Positions 20,001-30,043 are shown, numbered from the stretch's first letter. The stretch is 64,000 bases of DNA from Treponemataceae bacterium (GCA_963678065.2 CAXXVZ010000004.1:320001-384000), one strand, 5' to 3'. The notes: a model not told the origin generated them from the sequence alone. Numbers and translations: made by a program.

Positions 20001-21521
20001 CTAGACGATGTAGTCGATGATTTCGACTGCCGCGGGCTTGCGGCCTTTGGCGCAGGGGACCTCGCGCGTGATCCTGCCGTCCTTCATGACGATCATGCGG
20101 TTGCACAGGCCGATATCTTCCTCGAGAGTGTCGCACATGACGAGGATGCTCATGCCGGCGGCAGCCAGATCCCTGATGCGGCGGTAGATTTCGTCCTTGG
20201 CACCGACATCGATGCCCCGCGTCGGATGATCGAGAATGAGGATTCCTGCCTCCGCCGCGAGCCATTTCGCTATGACCACCTTCTGCTGATTGCCTCCCGA
20301 AAGAGTCCCGCAGGCAGTGGTGAGCGATGGCGTCTTTATCATGCATTCCCTGACCCAGCGCCGTGCGTTTTCCTTCTCGATACGCGGACTCAGAAGGAGA
20401 CCCTTGCGCATCTTTCCCAACACGAGAAGGTTGATGTTGTCCATCACGTCGAGGTTCGTGGCGAGGCCGTCGTTGCGCCGGTCGATCGGCACGCAGCCGA
20501 TCCCGGCCCTGATCGCGTCTCTCGGAGAGGCGAAAGCGGCGGGAGTTCCGAGCACCTCGATTTTCCCCGCTTCGGGCCTGAGCGATCCGCCGAGGCATCC
20601 GCAGACTTCTTCCTTTCCTGAACCGAGAAGACCGACGAGGCTCACGATCTCGCCCCTTCTGAGTTTCAGCGAAAAATCCTCGAACCGCCCCGGGATGCCC
20701 AGTCCCTCCACATTCAGGACGACTTCGTTCCCCGCCTCGGTCTGCATCGACTCCCGGTAGTGTTCCTCGGCCAGCTCGTGACCCACCATCAGCTTCTCGA
20801 TCTCATGCACGCAGGCCACGCCCCTCGGCATCTCGGCCATGAAATCGCCGTCCTTCAGAACGACGACCCGGTCGGAGAGCATCACGACTTCTTCCAGGCG
20901 GTGCGAAATGAAGATGATGGTCGCGCGCTTCTTCAGCTCGCCCAGTATGCCGAAAAGTATCTTGACCTCGTTCTCCTGGAGCACCGTCGTCGGCTCATCC
21001 AGGATGAGTACGGGATTCTCCACCCCGTGGAACTCCGAAAGCCACAGAAGGCGGGCTATTTCGATCATCTGCTTTTCGGCCGCGGAGAGCCCTCCGGTGA
21101 TCCTGCGCGGATCGAGGGATCCCAGGCCGACGTGGCCGAGCTGCACCCTGGCAGCCTCGTTCATTTTTCGTGTCGAGATGAAGCCGGCGCGCATGAAGGT
21201 CTTCTCGTTTCCAAGGAAGAGGTTGTCCATCACCGACAGATTGGGGATCATGCAACCTTCCTGGAAGACCATGCCTATTCCCTTGCGGATGGCGTCGGAA
21301 GGCCCGGCCAGCCTGGCCGGCTCGCCCCGGAGCCATATTTCGCCCGAGTCAGGTTCCTGCAGCCCGATCAGTATTTTCATGAGAGTGGATTTTCCCGCGC
21401 CGTTCTCGCCGACGAGGCCGAGAATCTCGTTGCGGTTCACCGTGATGTCGACGCCCTTGAGGGCGGACACGCCGGGAAAGGATTTCTTTATGCCCTTGAG
21501 CAGCAGTATCGTATCGCTCAT
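20001..21521 (-). CDS. Sugar ABC transporter ATP-binding protein
   Basis: GENGAGKST, LDEPT, LSGGNQQK, DHPTRGIDVGAK; ATG 21521 after GGAGG. Confidence 0.93.
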   Translation of the reverse strand: MSDTILLLKGIKKSFPGVSALKGVDITVNRNEILGLVGENGAGKSTLMKILIGLQEPDSGEIWLRGEPARLAGPSDAIRKGIGMVFQEGCMIPNLSVMDNLFLGNEKTFMRAGFISTRKMNEAARVQLGHVGLGSLDPRRITGGLSAAEKQMIEIARLLWLSEFHGVENPVLILDEPTTVLQENEVKILFGILGELKKRATIIFISHRLEEVVMLSDRVVVLKDGDFMAEMPRGVACVHEIEKLMVGHELAEEHYRESMQTEAGNEVVLNVEGLGIPGRFEDFSLKLRRGEIVSLVGLLGSGKEEVCGCLGGSLRPEAGKIEVLGTPAAFASPRDAIRAGIGCVPIDRRNDGLATNLDVMDNINLLVLGKMRKGLLLSPRIEKENARRWVRECMIKTPSLTTACGTLSGGNQQKVVIAKWLAAEAGILILDHPTRGIDVGAKDEIYRRIRDLAAAGMSILVMCDTLEEDIGLCNRMIVMKDGRITREVPCAKGRKPAAVEIIDYIV

Positions 21522-21585
21522 CGCGCTTTCCTCCGCATCCCTGTCCGGGTCCCGGAACACCGAAGCATCCCGGCGCCCGGACTTT

Positions 21586-22602
21586 TCACTTTATGATCCC
21601 GATCTTCTTGCGGTCGATCGTGAGGGCCACCGCGACGATGAGGACGATTCCGTTCACCGCGTTCTGGATGTAGGGGCTTATTTTCATGAGCACCATACCG
21701 TTGTTGAGCACCGTTACGATGAGGGTGCCGAAGACGGCGTTGAGCGCGCCGCCCACGCCGCCCGAGAGGGAAACGCCGCCGACAGCGACCGCAGTCATGG
21801 CCGGGAACATCAGATCCTTGCCGGCGCGAGGGTTCGAGCTGGCCAGACGCGAGATGAGGAGGACGGCAGCCAGCGCGTACATGCATCCCGTGATGACGAA
21901 GACGATGATCTTGACCCTGTCGACCTTGATCCCGGCCTGCCTGGCGAGGGCTTCGTCGCCGCCGATCGCGTACATGTATTTCCCGAGCCGCGTCCGTTTC
22001 TGGACGATGAAAAGAACGGCGAACAGCGCGAGGGCGATCACGATGGTCACGGGAAGCCCGAGTATGTCTCCGTTCGTGATGTTCTGGAATCTTTGATCGA
22101 GCATCTTCACCGCGTTCCCTTTTCCGAGGATGACGGCGATGCCCTGCGCGACCCACCACATGCCCAGGGTCGCGATGAAGGATGGCATTTTTACCTTGGT
22201 ATTTATGATTCCGTTTATGAATCCGAAGGTGCCGCCGATGAGGAGCGCGACCGGAATGACCCAGAATCCGATGTTGTAGCGCGTGAAGGGATTCTTGATG
22301 AGGAATCCCGAGGCGACGGCGCAGAGGGAGATGATGCCCTCGGTGGAAAGGTCCATGGCGCCTATGAGGACAATCTGATGGATGCCGAGACAGATGATCA
22401 TGGGGATGCCGGCCAGGCTGAAGATCGTCATGATGTTTTTCACGGAGAGGGATACCCCTCCGGTTCCGGCCGCGAATATGGCCGCGACGATGGAAAGGGC
22501 GACTATCTGTCCGTATACGCCCTTCGAGATGAAAGCGAGGACGCCTTTCGCGATGTCCTGCGCTGATGACCGCGACCTTTTTTCCGCAAGGGGTGCATTC
22601 AT
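21586..22602 (-). CDS. Sugar ABC transporter permease
   Basis: MDLS, PSFIATLG, GKYMYAIGG, VGGVSLSGGVG. Confidence 0.92.
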   Translation of the reverse strand: MNAPLAEKRSRSSAQDIAKGVLAFISKGVYGQIVALSIVAAIFAAGTGGVSLSVKNIMTIFSLAGIPMIICLGIHQIVLIGAMDLSTEGIISLCAVASGFLIKNPFTRYNIGFWVIPVALLIGGTFGFINGIINTKVKMPSFIATLGMWWVAQGIAVILGKGNAVKMLDQRFQNITNGDILGLPVTIVIALALFAVLFIVQKRTRLGKYMYAIGGDEALARQAGIKVDRVKIIVFVITGCMYALAAVLLISRLASSNPRAGKDLMFPAMTAVAVGGVSLSGGVGGALNAVFGTLIVTVLNNGMVLMKISPYIQNAVNGIVLIVAVALTIDRKKIGIIK

Positions 22603-22645
22603 GAGCTTCGGTCTCCGTACCTGGGATGGAAAGCCTGAACGTGAA

Positions 22646-22717
22646 CCGGATCCCTCCCGCCTTGGTATTCCGCTTCAGGGCGAGCCCCGGGGCGCGCACA
22701 AGGGCGGGGGAATCCGG
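22646..22717 (-). other. Long imperfect stem-loop between SBP and permease genes (probable mRNA stabiliser)
   Basis: CCGGATCCCTCCCGCCTTG ... CAAGGGCGGGGGAATCCGG inverted repeat just after the SBP stop. Confidence 0.5.
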
Positions 22718-22727
22718 CTCCGGAACG

Positions 22728-23762
22728 TTATTTCATCGGGCGGACATAGAAAGCGTAGAGATCGTTCCAGTCATACTTGGGTGTTCCCTTGACATAGTCG
22801 GCGATGATCTTGTCGATGTTGGCCTGGCTGACTTCGACGGCGCGCGCGAAATAGGCGCGCTTGTCGGCGGGGGTCTTCTTGAGGTCGATCCTGCCTTCCT
22901 TGGCGGCGAGGGCGAGGGCGAGTCCGATTCCGCCCTGCCAGAAGGAGTCGTTGAGCACGGTCGCGGCGGCTTCTCCGGCCTTCACGGCATCGAGCATCTC
23001 GCTGATGCCGTCGCAGCCGACCACGAGCACTTTCTTGGCGAGTCCGGCGGCGCGGATGGCCTCGAGGGCGCCAAGGGCCATGTTGTCGTTCGCTGCCCAC
23101 ACGCCGCCCACATCGGGGTTGGCGACGAGGAAGCTCTTCATCTTCTCGAAGGCTTTGGTGCGATCCCACTCGGCGGTGTCGACTGCGGCGAGTTTGATCC
23201 CGGGCGCCTTGGCGAGGGAGTTTTGGAGGCCCTGATAGCGGTCGACCGCGACGGAGTTGGCGAGCATGCCCTGGAGGGCGACGATCTTCCCCTTCCCGCC
23301 CATGGTCTTGAACAGGGTATCGGCCATGAATTCGCCGGCACTGATGCCGTCAAACGCGATGTGGGCCACCCAGTGGGGATAATCCGTAACCTTGACATTG
23401 TCGGGCTTGTTCCACCACGTCACATAATACACGCCGGCCGCTTCGAGCGCTCTGGCGATGGGAATGACGTTCGGCGATTCGTTGGGGTCGATGCAGAACA
23501 CGGCGTCCTTGCCGGCCTTCGCGACGAGGGCCTTGATGTCGTTGAGCTGCTTCTCGCTCGATCCTTCGCAGGTCTGGATGACCGTCAGTCCGCCGACGGT
23601 GTCGGCGAAGGCCTGCGCGCCGCGGGCCCACACGGCATGGTAGGGATTCTCGAGCGAGCGGATCGCGGTGCCCATGAAGACGCCGCTGGCTTTCTGCGCA
23701 AAAGCCCCTGCTACGGTGACAGCCATCAACACGGCCATCGCCACGACGAAAGATTTCCTCAT
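22728..23762 (-). CDS. Sugar ABC transporter substrate-binding protein
   Basis: Signal peptide MRKSFVVAMAVLMAVTVAGAFA-QK, RSLENPYH, AANDNMALGA, VGCDG. Confidence 0.92.
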   Translation of the reverse strand: MRKSFVVAMAVLMAVTVAGAFAQKASGVFMGTAIRSLENPYHAVWARGAQAFADTVGGLTVIQTCEGSSEKQLNDIKALVAKAGKDAVFCIDPNESPNVIPIARALEAAGVYYVTWWNKPDNVKVTDYPHWVAHIAFDGISAGEFMADTLFKTMGGKGKIVALQGMLANSVAVDRYQGLQNSLAKAPGIKLAAVDTAEWDRTKAFEKMKSFLVANPDVGGVWAANDNMALGALEAIRAAGLAKKVLVVGCDGISEMLDAVKAGEAAATVLNDSFWQGGIGLALALAAKEGRIDLKKTPADKRAYFARAVEVSQANIDKIIADYVKGTPKYDWNDLYAFYVRPMK

Positions 23763-23817
23763 CCTGATGCCTCCTGAAAAGATGTCGGCCCGCTGTAGAT
23801 TTATGCTGGCCTCGTAC

Positions 23818-23845
23818 AGGATACCACCTTTCCCCAATCTGTCAA
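23818..23845 (-). promoter_or_regulatory. sigma70-type promoter of the second ABC/catabolic operon
   Basis: TTGACA-16-TATCCT with TGn extension. Confidence 0.65.
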
Positions 23846-23893
23846 CTATGTTTTACAACATTATTATCAAACTTAGTTTCAAGAACTGGCATG

Positions 23894-23934
23894 AAAAATC
23901 CCCCGGCGATTCCGGAACGGATATCGCCGCAGGG
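23894..23934 (-). terminator. Probable intrinsic terminator after the ROK gene
   Basis: CGGCGAT-TCCG-gaa-CGGA-t-ATCGCCG hairpin followed by a T-tract on the minus strand. Confidence 0.5.
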
Positions 23935-23939
23935 AGGCT

Positions 23940-25178
23940 TCAGAAAAACACGTGGCGGTTAAAATAATCCTCGATGACAAAAGCAGCCCCGCCGATGACG
24001 CCGCGCTCTTCGCCCATGATGGAGTACTCTATTCTGACCTTCTTCTCGACGTCGGGAAGGCCGATATGCCGGATGCCCTCCCGGATTCTGTCGAGGAAAT
24101 AAGTGCCGGCCTTGACGTACACACCCTGCAGCACGATGAGCTCAGGATCGTTCACCATTATCACGTTGCCGAGGCCGATGAGGAACCAGCGGGCGACATC
24201 GTCGATGAGGCTCCTGCACAGACTGTCGCCGGCCGCGGCGCCCTCGCAGACATCTTCGAGCCTGATTTCCGCGTCGGCTTTTCCGGCAAAAAGGGAGGAA
24301 TCGGGATACCGGGGCCGGGCTTCCCTCGCGAGGCCGAGGATTCGCCGCGCCGAAACCATGGCCTCGAAACAGCCTTTATGTCCGCAGATGCAGGGAAATC
24401 CCTCGTATGGGTCGAGCGTCATGTGGCCGAGTTCGCCGGAAATGCTCTGGATGCCCTGGATCAGTTCGCCGTGGAGGACGATGCCCGAGCCGAGTCCCTC
24501 GCTCAGCGCGTCGACGATGCAGAAGTTCTTGCAGCCTGCCGCGACGCCTTTTTGGGTTTCAGCGATCGCCTGGTAGCGGTTCGCGTTGTCGACGAAGAGG
24601 GGGGCAGAAAACGCGTCTCCGAGCCGGCGCGACAGGATTTCGGCGAAGGGAAGATCCCTTCCCCAGCCGGGATAATGGGGCGAGTAGATGGAGACTCCGC
24701 GGGTCGAATCGACGAGTCCGGGCAGGACGACGACGATGCCGACAAGGACCTGGCCAGTCGGGGCCTTCTGCGAGGTGAAGCTCCGTATCGTCTCGACCAG
24801 CTTTCCCATTATGGTGTCGATGCCGCGATCGTGGCCGATGTCGGTCTTGCGGAGCCAGGCGATATCGGCGTCGAGATCGGTCGACACCGCGATGAGAGCG
24901 TCGGGCGTGATGTGGAGGCTGATGACGTATCCATACTCTTTGTTGAAACGGTAGAGTTCGGGCTTTTTGCCGCCTTCGTCCGTCGAGTCGCCCTTCCCGG
25001 CGGAGCGGATCAGGTCCATGGAGAGCAGGCTGTCGAATATTTTCTTGACTGTCGTCTTGCTGAGTTTGATGTCGCGGGAAATCTCGGCGACGGACAGGTC
25101 CCTGCCGCGGCGAAGTATCTCGAGGACTGCCCGCGTGTTGTTCTGCTTGAGGTTTTTCGGTTTTCCGCCGGATTTCAT
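23940..25178 (-). CDS. ROK family transcriptional repressor (XylR/NagC-like)
   Basis: N-terminal HTH, GGKKP linker, GELGHM, CICGHKGCFE; ATG 25178 with GAGGAG. Confidence 0.93.
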   Translation of the reverse strand: MKSGGKPKNLKQNNTRAVLEILRRGRDLSVAEISRDIKLSKTTVKKIFDSLLSMDLIRSAGKGDSTDEGGKKPELYRFNKEYGYVISLHITPDALIAVSTDLDADIAWLRKTDIGHDRGIDTIMGKLVETIRSFTSQKAPTGQVLVGIVVVLPGLVDSTRGVSIYSPHYPGWGRDLPFAEILSRRLGDAFSAPLFVDNANRYQAIAETQKGVAAGCKNFCIVDALSEGLGSGIVLHGELIQGIQSISGELGHMTLDPYEGFPCICGHKGCFEAMVSARRILGLAREARPRYPDSSLFAGKADAEIRLEDVCEGAAAGDSLCRSLIDDVARWFLIGLGNVIMVNDPELIVLQGVYVKAGTYFLDRIREGIRHIGLPDVEKKVRIEYSIMGEERGVIGGAAFVIEDYFNRHVFF

Positions 25179-25228
25179 CGGTTTTCTCCTCGGGTTGGCG
25201 CCAAGTCTGCGGCCTGGCGCCAACCGGG

Positions 25229-25257
25229 AGTATGGCCGATGAACACAAAACCGTCAA
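25229..25257 (-). promoter_or_regulatory. sigma70-type promoter of the ROK gene; the 5' UTR starts in an 11-bp hairpin (25193-25225)
   Basis: TTGACG-17-CATACT; inverted repeat GGTTGGCGCCA...TGGCGCCAACC. Confidence 0.6.
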
Positions 25258-25309
25258 TGGTTATCTAACTTTATTTTCTAACCTTGGCATTTTCGCGATA
25301 GCATGGAGC

Positions 25310-26545
25310 CTAGGCTTTCCGGGCCTCGAAAAGTTCCTTGTAGTACCCGTCGTAGAGGGAGCAGCCGACATGCTTCTGCTCTCCGAGGAGGATGCCGCAG
25401 CCTGCGCAGGTCGTGCACCAGTCGATCTCGTCGGTCTTCCCGGAAAGAACCTTTTTCGGAAAATCCGCGTCTGCGATGGCCTGTCGCCCGAGCCCGACGA
25501 GGTCGACGGCGCCCAGCTCGATGTTCCGTTCAGCCCAATACAGCATGCTTTTCCGGAGAGGATCGGGGCCGGCGCCGGCAAGTCCGTTGTGTCCGTCCCG
25601 GAGATGGCTGTAGCCCGCTCCGATCACCGGCACGCTCACCGCTCTCTTCACGGCCTGAGCCCAGCCGAAATGCCGGTAGCAGCCTTCCGCGTAGCTCTTG
25701 CTCGGCAGAAGGATCTCGAGATTTCCGGCGGCGCTGCCCGCAGAGACGCTGATGACGCCGCATCCCAGCTTCTGTGCCAGCCTCACGAAGCGCAGCGGCT
25801 CGTCGATATTTTCGATGACTCCCTCCGGGCTCTCCGATCCGAAACCGCCGGCCAGTCCCTCGTAGGCGGAAAAACGGACTCCGAGTATGAAGTCCCGGCC
25901 GGCGAGAGCGGCCTTGGCACCTTCCATGATCTCGGCGAAAAAGCGCGTCCTGTTCTCGAAGCCCCCGCCATACATCCCGGGCCGCGTATTCGCGGGCTGA
26001 ATGAATTCGTTGCAGAGGAATCCGTGGGCGAACTTGAGCTCGGCGCCGTCGAAGCCCACATCGGCGGCCGTGACGATGCTCCGGATGAAATTGTCCCGTA
26101 TCGACGCGATTTCACCGTCGGAGAGTATCCGGGCGGCGCCGGGGCGGGCGTAGACGGAGAGGGGGCTCGCGAAGCGCGGGTCCGCGAGAGATCCGGCGTG
26201 GTCGAGCTGCATCATGAAGAGGACATCGGGATTGGCCGCGTGGACCTCGCGGGCGAGGGTCCGGAAGCCTTCGATCCCCTTGTCGGTGAGCGTGAGCTGG
26301 TTCACGCGCGCCCGGGCCCCGGGAGCTATCGCGACCGCCTCGGTGTAGATCATGCCCGCCCCACCTTGCGCGTGCTTCCGGTAGCGCCGGACGGTCCGCG
26401 AACTCGGCGCCCCATCCGGAGCGGCATCGTTGCCCTCGGTCGGAAGCACGACGAAACGGTTTCCGACTGTCTTTCCTCCCACAGCGATAGTCCGGGAAAA
26501 AACATCGACACCCATGATCAGGTCCTTGTGGTCGGTATCGCTCAT
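25310..26545 (-). CDS. Single-domain OYE-family NADH:flavin oxidoreductase with a C-terminal Fe-S motif
   Basis: GNRFVVLPTEGND, ELKFAHGFL, YGGGFENRTRF, GLGRQAIAD, WCTTCAGC-x11-C; ATGA overlap with the permease. Confidence 0.85.
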   Translation of the reverse strand: MSDTDHKDLIMGVDVFSRTIAVGGKTVGNRFVVLPTEGNDAAPDGAPSSRTVRRYRKHAQGGAGMIYTEAVAIAPGARARVNQLTLTDKGIEGFRTLAREVHAANPDVLFMMQLDHAGSLADPRFASPLSVYARPGAARILSDGEIASIRDNFIRSIVTAADVGFDGAELKFAHGFLCNEFIQPANTRPGMYGGGFENRTRFFAEIMEGAKAALAGRDFILGVRFSAYEGLAGGFGSESPEGVIENIDEPLRFVRLAQKLGCGVISVSAGSAAGNLEILLPSKSYAEGCYRHFGWAQAVKRAVSVPVIGAGYSHLRDGHNGLAGAGPDPLRKSMLYWAERNIELGAVDLVGLGRQAIADADFPKKVLSGKTDEIDWCTTCAGCGILLGEQKHVGCSLYDGYYKELFEARKA

Positions 26546-27504
26546 CCGCGTTTCCTGCGGGATGTGAAAGCGACGGCCAGTATGAGGATGAGACCCTTCA
26601 GAAGGATCTGCAGGAATGAATTCAGGGAAAGGAGATTCATGAGATTGTAGAATACGCTGATGATGAGGACGCCCCCGAAGGCGCCGAGGACGTTGCCGGA
26701 GCCGCCTCCGAGCGAGACGCCGCCGATCACGATCGCGGTGATGGAGTCCAGGTCGTAGCCGACCCCGACCTTCGGCCCTCCCCCTCCCATCCGCGCCGCG
26801 AGGAAAATGGCCGCGCAGGAGAAAAGCGCGCCGCCGCAGAGGTAGGACAGGAACCGGGTGCGCCCGACATTGATTCCCGAGAGCGCACAGACGGCCGGAT
26901 CGGCCCCGACAGCGAGGATTCTGGCCCCGAAGCGGTTCCTCGTGAGGACGATGTGGCAGAGAAGGATGATCGCGAGGAAGAGGATGATGCTGACGGGGAT
27001 GCCGGCTACCAGGCCCTCCGCGAGGAAGCGGAAGCTGCGCGGAATGCCACCTATCGTCCGCTTGGCGTAGAAGAGCGCGAGCCCCTGGTAGATGAGCGAC
27101 ATCGCGAGGGTCGCCATGAAAGGCGTCACCTTGAGTCTCGCGACGATGCTGCCGTTCATGGCGCCGATGAGGAGTCCCAGTCCGAGCAGTATCACGACCA
27201 TGACGAGCGGAGACATGCCGGGATTCGCGAGGAAAATCCCCGCCGCGAGAGAAGTGAGGAGCGAAATGACGGATCCGACCGAGAGGTCTATGCCCCCGGC
27301 GAGGACGATGAAGGTCTGCCCCAGGGCGGCGAGCCCGAGTCCGACAGGCTGTATCAGGAATACATTCCGCAGATTGTCGGCTGTCGAAAAAAGAGGCGAT
27401 GTGAAAAGGCTCACGGCGATCAGGGTCGAGAGAATTATCCAGACCAGGCGTTCCGGCCTTCCTGCCTCCGAAACGATGGCGTTCAGCGCGGGGATTTTTT
27501 TCAT
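26542..27504 (-). CDS. Sugar ABC transporter permease
   Basis: GGIDLSVG, PFMATL, IVIGGVSLGGGSG. Confidence 0.92.
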   Translation of the reverse strand: MKKIPALNAIVSEAGRPERLVWIILSTLIAVSLFTSPLFSTADNLRNVFLIQPVGLGLAALGQTFIVLAGGIDLSVGSVISLLTSLAAGIFLANPGMSPLVMVVILLGLGLLIGAMNGSIVARLKVTPFMATLAMSLIYQGLALFYAKRTIGGIPRSFRFLAEGLVAGIPVSIILFLAIILLCHIVLTRNRFGARILAVGADPAVCALSGINVGRTRFLSYLCGGALFSCAAIFLAARMGGGGPKVGVGYDLDSITAIVIGGVSLGGGSGNVLGAFGGVLIISVFYNLMNLLSLNSFLQILLKGLILILAVAFTSRRKRG

Positions 27505-29027
27505 GAGGAGGTTCCTTCGCGGAATGTGTAGTGGTGCCCCACCGCCAGGGACATGACATATTCCTCTGTGGTCAGACCATCGGACTGATCGACGAAGCCT
27601 TCCACTTTCCCCGATCGCATAACCATGATCCTGTCGGAGAGGCCGATCACTTCGGGAAGCTCGGATGAGATCATGATGATGCCCGAGCCGGACTCCACGA
27701 GCCTCCGCATGATGCGGTATATTTCCGTCTTCGCGCCGACATCGATTCCTCTCGTCGGCTCGACGATGATGAATATCCGGGGCTTTTTCAGAAGCCACCG
27801 GGCTATGAGCATCTTCTGCTGGTTGCCGCCCGAGAGGGTATCGGCCCTCTGGTTCATGCCGGAAACCTTTATCCCGAGTTCTTTTATTTTCTTCTGCGCT
27901 TCCTCGCGCTCGCTTCTGCCCGAGAGGAAGCCCGCGCGGAGGAAACGCCCGAGGTCGGCCACCGTGATGTTGACCCGGACGGGCATGGGGCCGAGTATTC
28001 CGTAATTCTTCCGGTCCTCGGATATGTAGCCGATGCCCGCAGCGATGGCCTGTCGGACCGACTTGAGTTTCAGCGATCGGCCGCCGAGCTTTATTTCCCC
28101 GGAATCCGCGGCTTCGACGCCGAAGAGGCACCTCGCGAGCGCGATCTGGCCCGAGCCGGCCATCCCCGCGACACCCAGGATCTCTCCCGCGTGGAGCGAG
28201 AACGAGATATCGCAAAGATCGCTTTGCCTGCAAAGTCCGCTGACCGAGAGCAGCTCTTCTCCCTGCGTCTTCGCCGATGCGGGAAAGAAATCCCTGATTT
28301 CGCGCCCGACCATCATGCGGATCAGCTCTTCCTTGCTCGTGTTCCTTATCTCCTTCGTGCCGACCGTCCTTCCGTCCTTCATGACTGTGGCGCGGTCGGC
28401 GATTTCGAATATCTCCCCGAGCATGTGGGAGATGTAGATCACGGTGACGCCGCGCGCCTTGAGCGTGCGGATGATCTGGAAGAGCCGTTTGACTTCCTTG
28501 TCGGTCAGGACGGCCGAAGGCTCGTCCATGATGAGGACGGAGGCGGTTATCGAGAGGGCTTTCACTATTTCGACGACCTGCTGCTGAACGACAGTGAGAT
28601 CCTCTATCTTCGCGTCGACGTCGAGATCGAAGCCTATCTCCTCAAGGAGATTTCTCGTTTTCCGCCGCGCCGTCCGCATGTCCTTGAAGCCCGCGAACAT
28701 TGTGGGTTCCCGGTTCAGAAACACGTTGGCCGCGACGGTGAAATTCCCGATGAGACTGAATTCCTGGAATATCGTCGCGATTCCGGCATTCTGGGCCTGG
28801 CGCGGATTCCTGAAGGCTGCGGGCTTTCCGCGAAAAACGATCGCTCCGGAATCGGGCTGGTACACGCCCGAGAGGATCTTCATCAGCGTGGATTTCCCGG
28901 CGCCGTTCTCCCCGACGAGGGCGTGGACTTCGCCGCGTCTGAACCCGATGTTCACGCTGTCGAGCGCCAGCACCCCCGGGAATCGCTTCGTGATGCCCGC
29001 AAGTTCGAGCATGTTCATTTCATCCAT
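27501..29027 (-). CDS. Sugar ABC transporter ATP-binding protein
   Basis: GENGAGKST, MDEPS, LSGGNQQK, GIDVGAK. Confidence 0.93.
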   Translation of the reverse strand: MDEMNMLELAGITKRFPGVLALDSVNIGFRRGEVHALVGENGAGKSTLMKILSGVYQPDSGAIVFRGKPAAFRNPRQAQNAGIATIFQEFSLIGNFTVAANVFLNREPTMFAGFKDMRTARRKTRNLLEEIGFDLDVDAKIEDLTVVQQQVVEIVKALSITASVLIMDEPSAVLTDKEVKRLFQIIRTLKARGVTVIYISHMLGEIFEIADRATVMKDGRTVGTKEIRNTSKEELIRMMVGREIRDFFPASAKTQGEELLSVSGLCRQSDLCDISFSLHAGEILGVAGMAGSGQIALARCLFGVEAADSGEIKLGGRSLKLKSVRQAIAAGIGYISEDRKNYGILGPMPVRVNITVADLGRFLRAGFLSGRSEREEAQKKIKELGIKVSGMNQRADTLSGGNQQKMLIARWLLKKPRIFIIVEPTRGIDVGAKTEIYRIMRRLVESGSGIIMISSELPEVIGLSDRIMVMRSGKVEGFVDQSDGLTTEEYVMSLAVGHHYTFREGTSS

Positions 29028-29032
29028 GTGTA

Positions 29033-30043
29033 TCAGAGCTTGGGAAGGAATTCCTTCGGCATCTGGTCGTCGCCGATCCACCACCAGTCAGAGAGTTTCG
29101 GCTGGACGAATTTATTGATGAGTTCGGGCCCGAGCCCGTCGATCTCGATGGAATAATTCTTGGGAACCTTCTCGCCCATGAGCGCTTTGAGAGCCACTTT
29201 GACCGCCTCGCCTGAAAGCTTCGTGGTCATCGGGAACACGTAGCCGCGCGCCTTGTTCTCGACGAGGAATTTCGCGTAGCCGTTGAGCTGGTCGCCCGTA
29301 CTCGGGACGAGAGGCCGCTTGGCTTCCTTGAGCGCCTGCAGGGCGGGCCAGGACATGAGCCCGGAGTCGGCCCAGATGCCGTCGATCTTGGGGAAGGCCT
29401 GCATCATGGCTTCCATGATGGATTTGGCCTTGGGCGGCGACCAGTCGCAGTACTGGTGATCGAGAATCTTGATTCCGGGATATTTCTTGAACTCCGCCTG
29501 CGCTCCGGCGAGGCGGTCCTCGGCCGTGGTGTTTCCGGCGATGCCGCTCAGCATGACGATCTGTCCCTTGCCGCCCAGTTCTTTGGCGAGCCAGGCCGCC
29601 TGGGCCGCGCCGAACTCCTTCAGGTCCTGGGTGACGAGACAGGTGTAGCGGTCGGTGTTGATGGTGCCGCCGAACACGATGACGGGAATGCCCTTCGCGT
29701 AGGCCCGCTCGATCGCCGGGACGATGGCGTCGCCGACAGTCGGATAGACGACGAGGGCGTCCACATTCTTGGTGAGCAAGTCGTCGATGTCCGCGATCTG
29801 TTTCTCGGGTTTTTCATCCGCGTTCGTGATGTAGTATTTCGCGATTTCGCTGTGCTTCGCGACTTCGGCGCGGAAATTCGCGTCGAGGAACATGCGCCAC
29901 GAGTCGCCCATTCCGGCGTTGCTCCATCCGATGACGAAGCCCGTCTTCTTCGCCTTCGCCCCTTGGGCGAAGGCGGGTGCCGCCAGAATCGCGATCGCGA
30001 GGAGCGCGATCGCCGCCACCATGATTCTTCTCTTTGTCCTCAT
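29033..30043 (-). CDS. Sugar ABC transporter substrate-binding protein
   Basis: Signal peptide ...LAAPAFA-QG, IGWSNAGMGDSWR, QIADIDDL; AAGGAG RBS. Confidence 0.92.
   Translation of the reverse strand: MRTKRRIMVAAIALLAIAILAAPAFAQGAKAKKTGFVIGWSNAGMGDSWRMFLDANFRAEVAKHSEIAKYYITNADEKPEKQIADIDDLLTKNVDALVVYPTVGDAIVPAIERAYAKGIPVIVFGGTINTDRYTCLVTQDLKEFGAAQAAWLAKELGGKGQIVMLSGIAGNTTAEDRLAGAQAEFKKYPGIKILDHQYCDWSPPKAKSIMEAMMQAFPKIDGIWADSGLMSWPALQALKEAKRPLVPSTGDQLNGYAKFLVENKARGYVFPMTTKLSGEAVKVALKALMGEKVPKNYSIEIDGLGPELINKFVQPKLSDWWWIGDDQMPKEFLPKL

Noticed and set aside
27501..27800. Degenerate Walker B (VEPT; also DHPT near 20230) as a sign of inactive transporters
   Set aside because: Both variants lie in the C-terminal NBD, which is normally degenerate in RbsA-type ATPases; the N-terminal Walker A/B motifs are intact.
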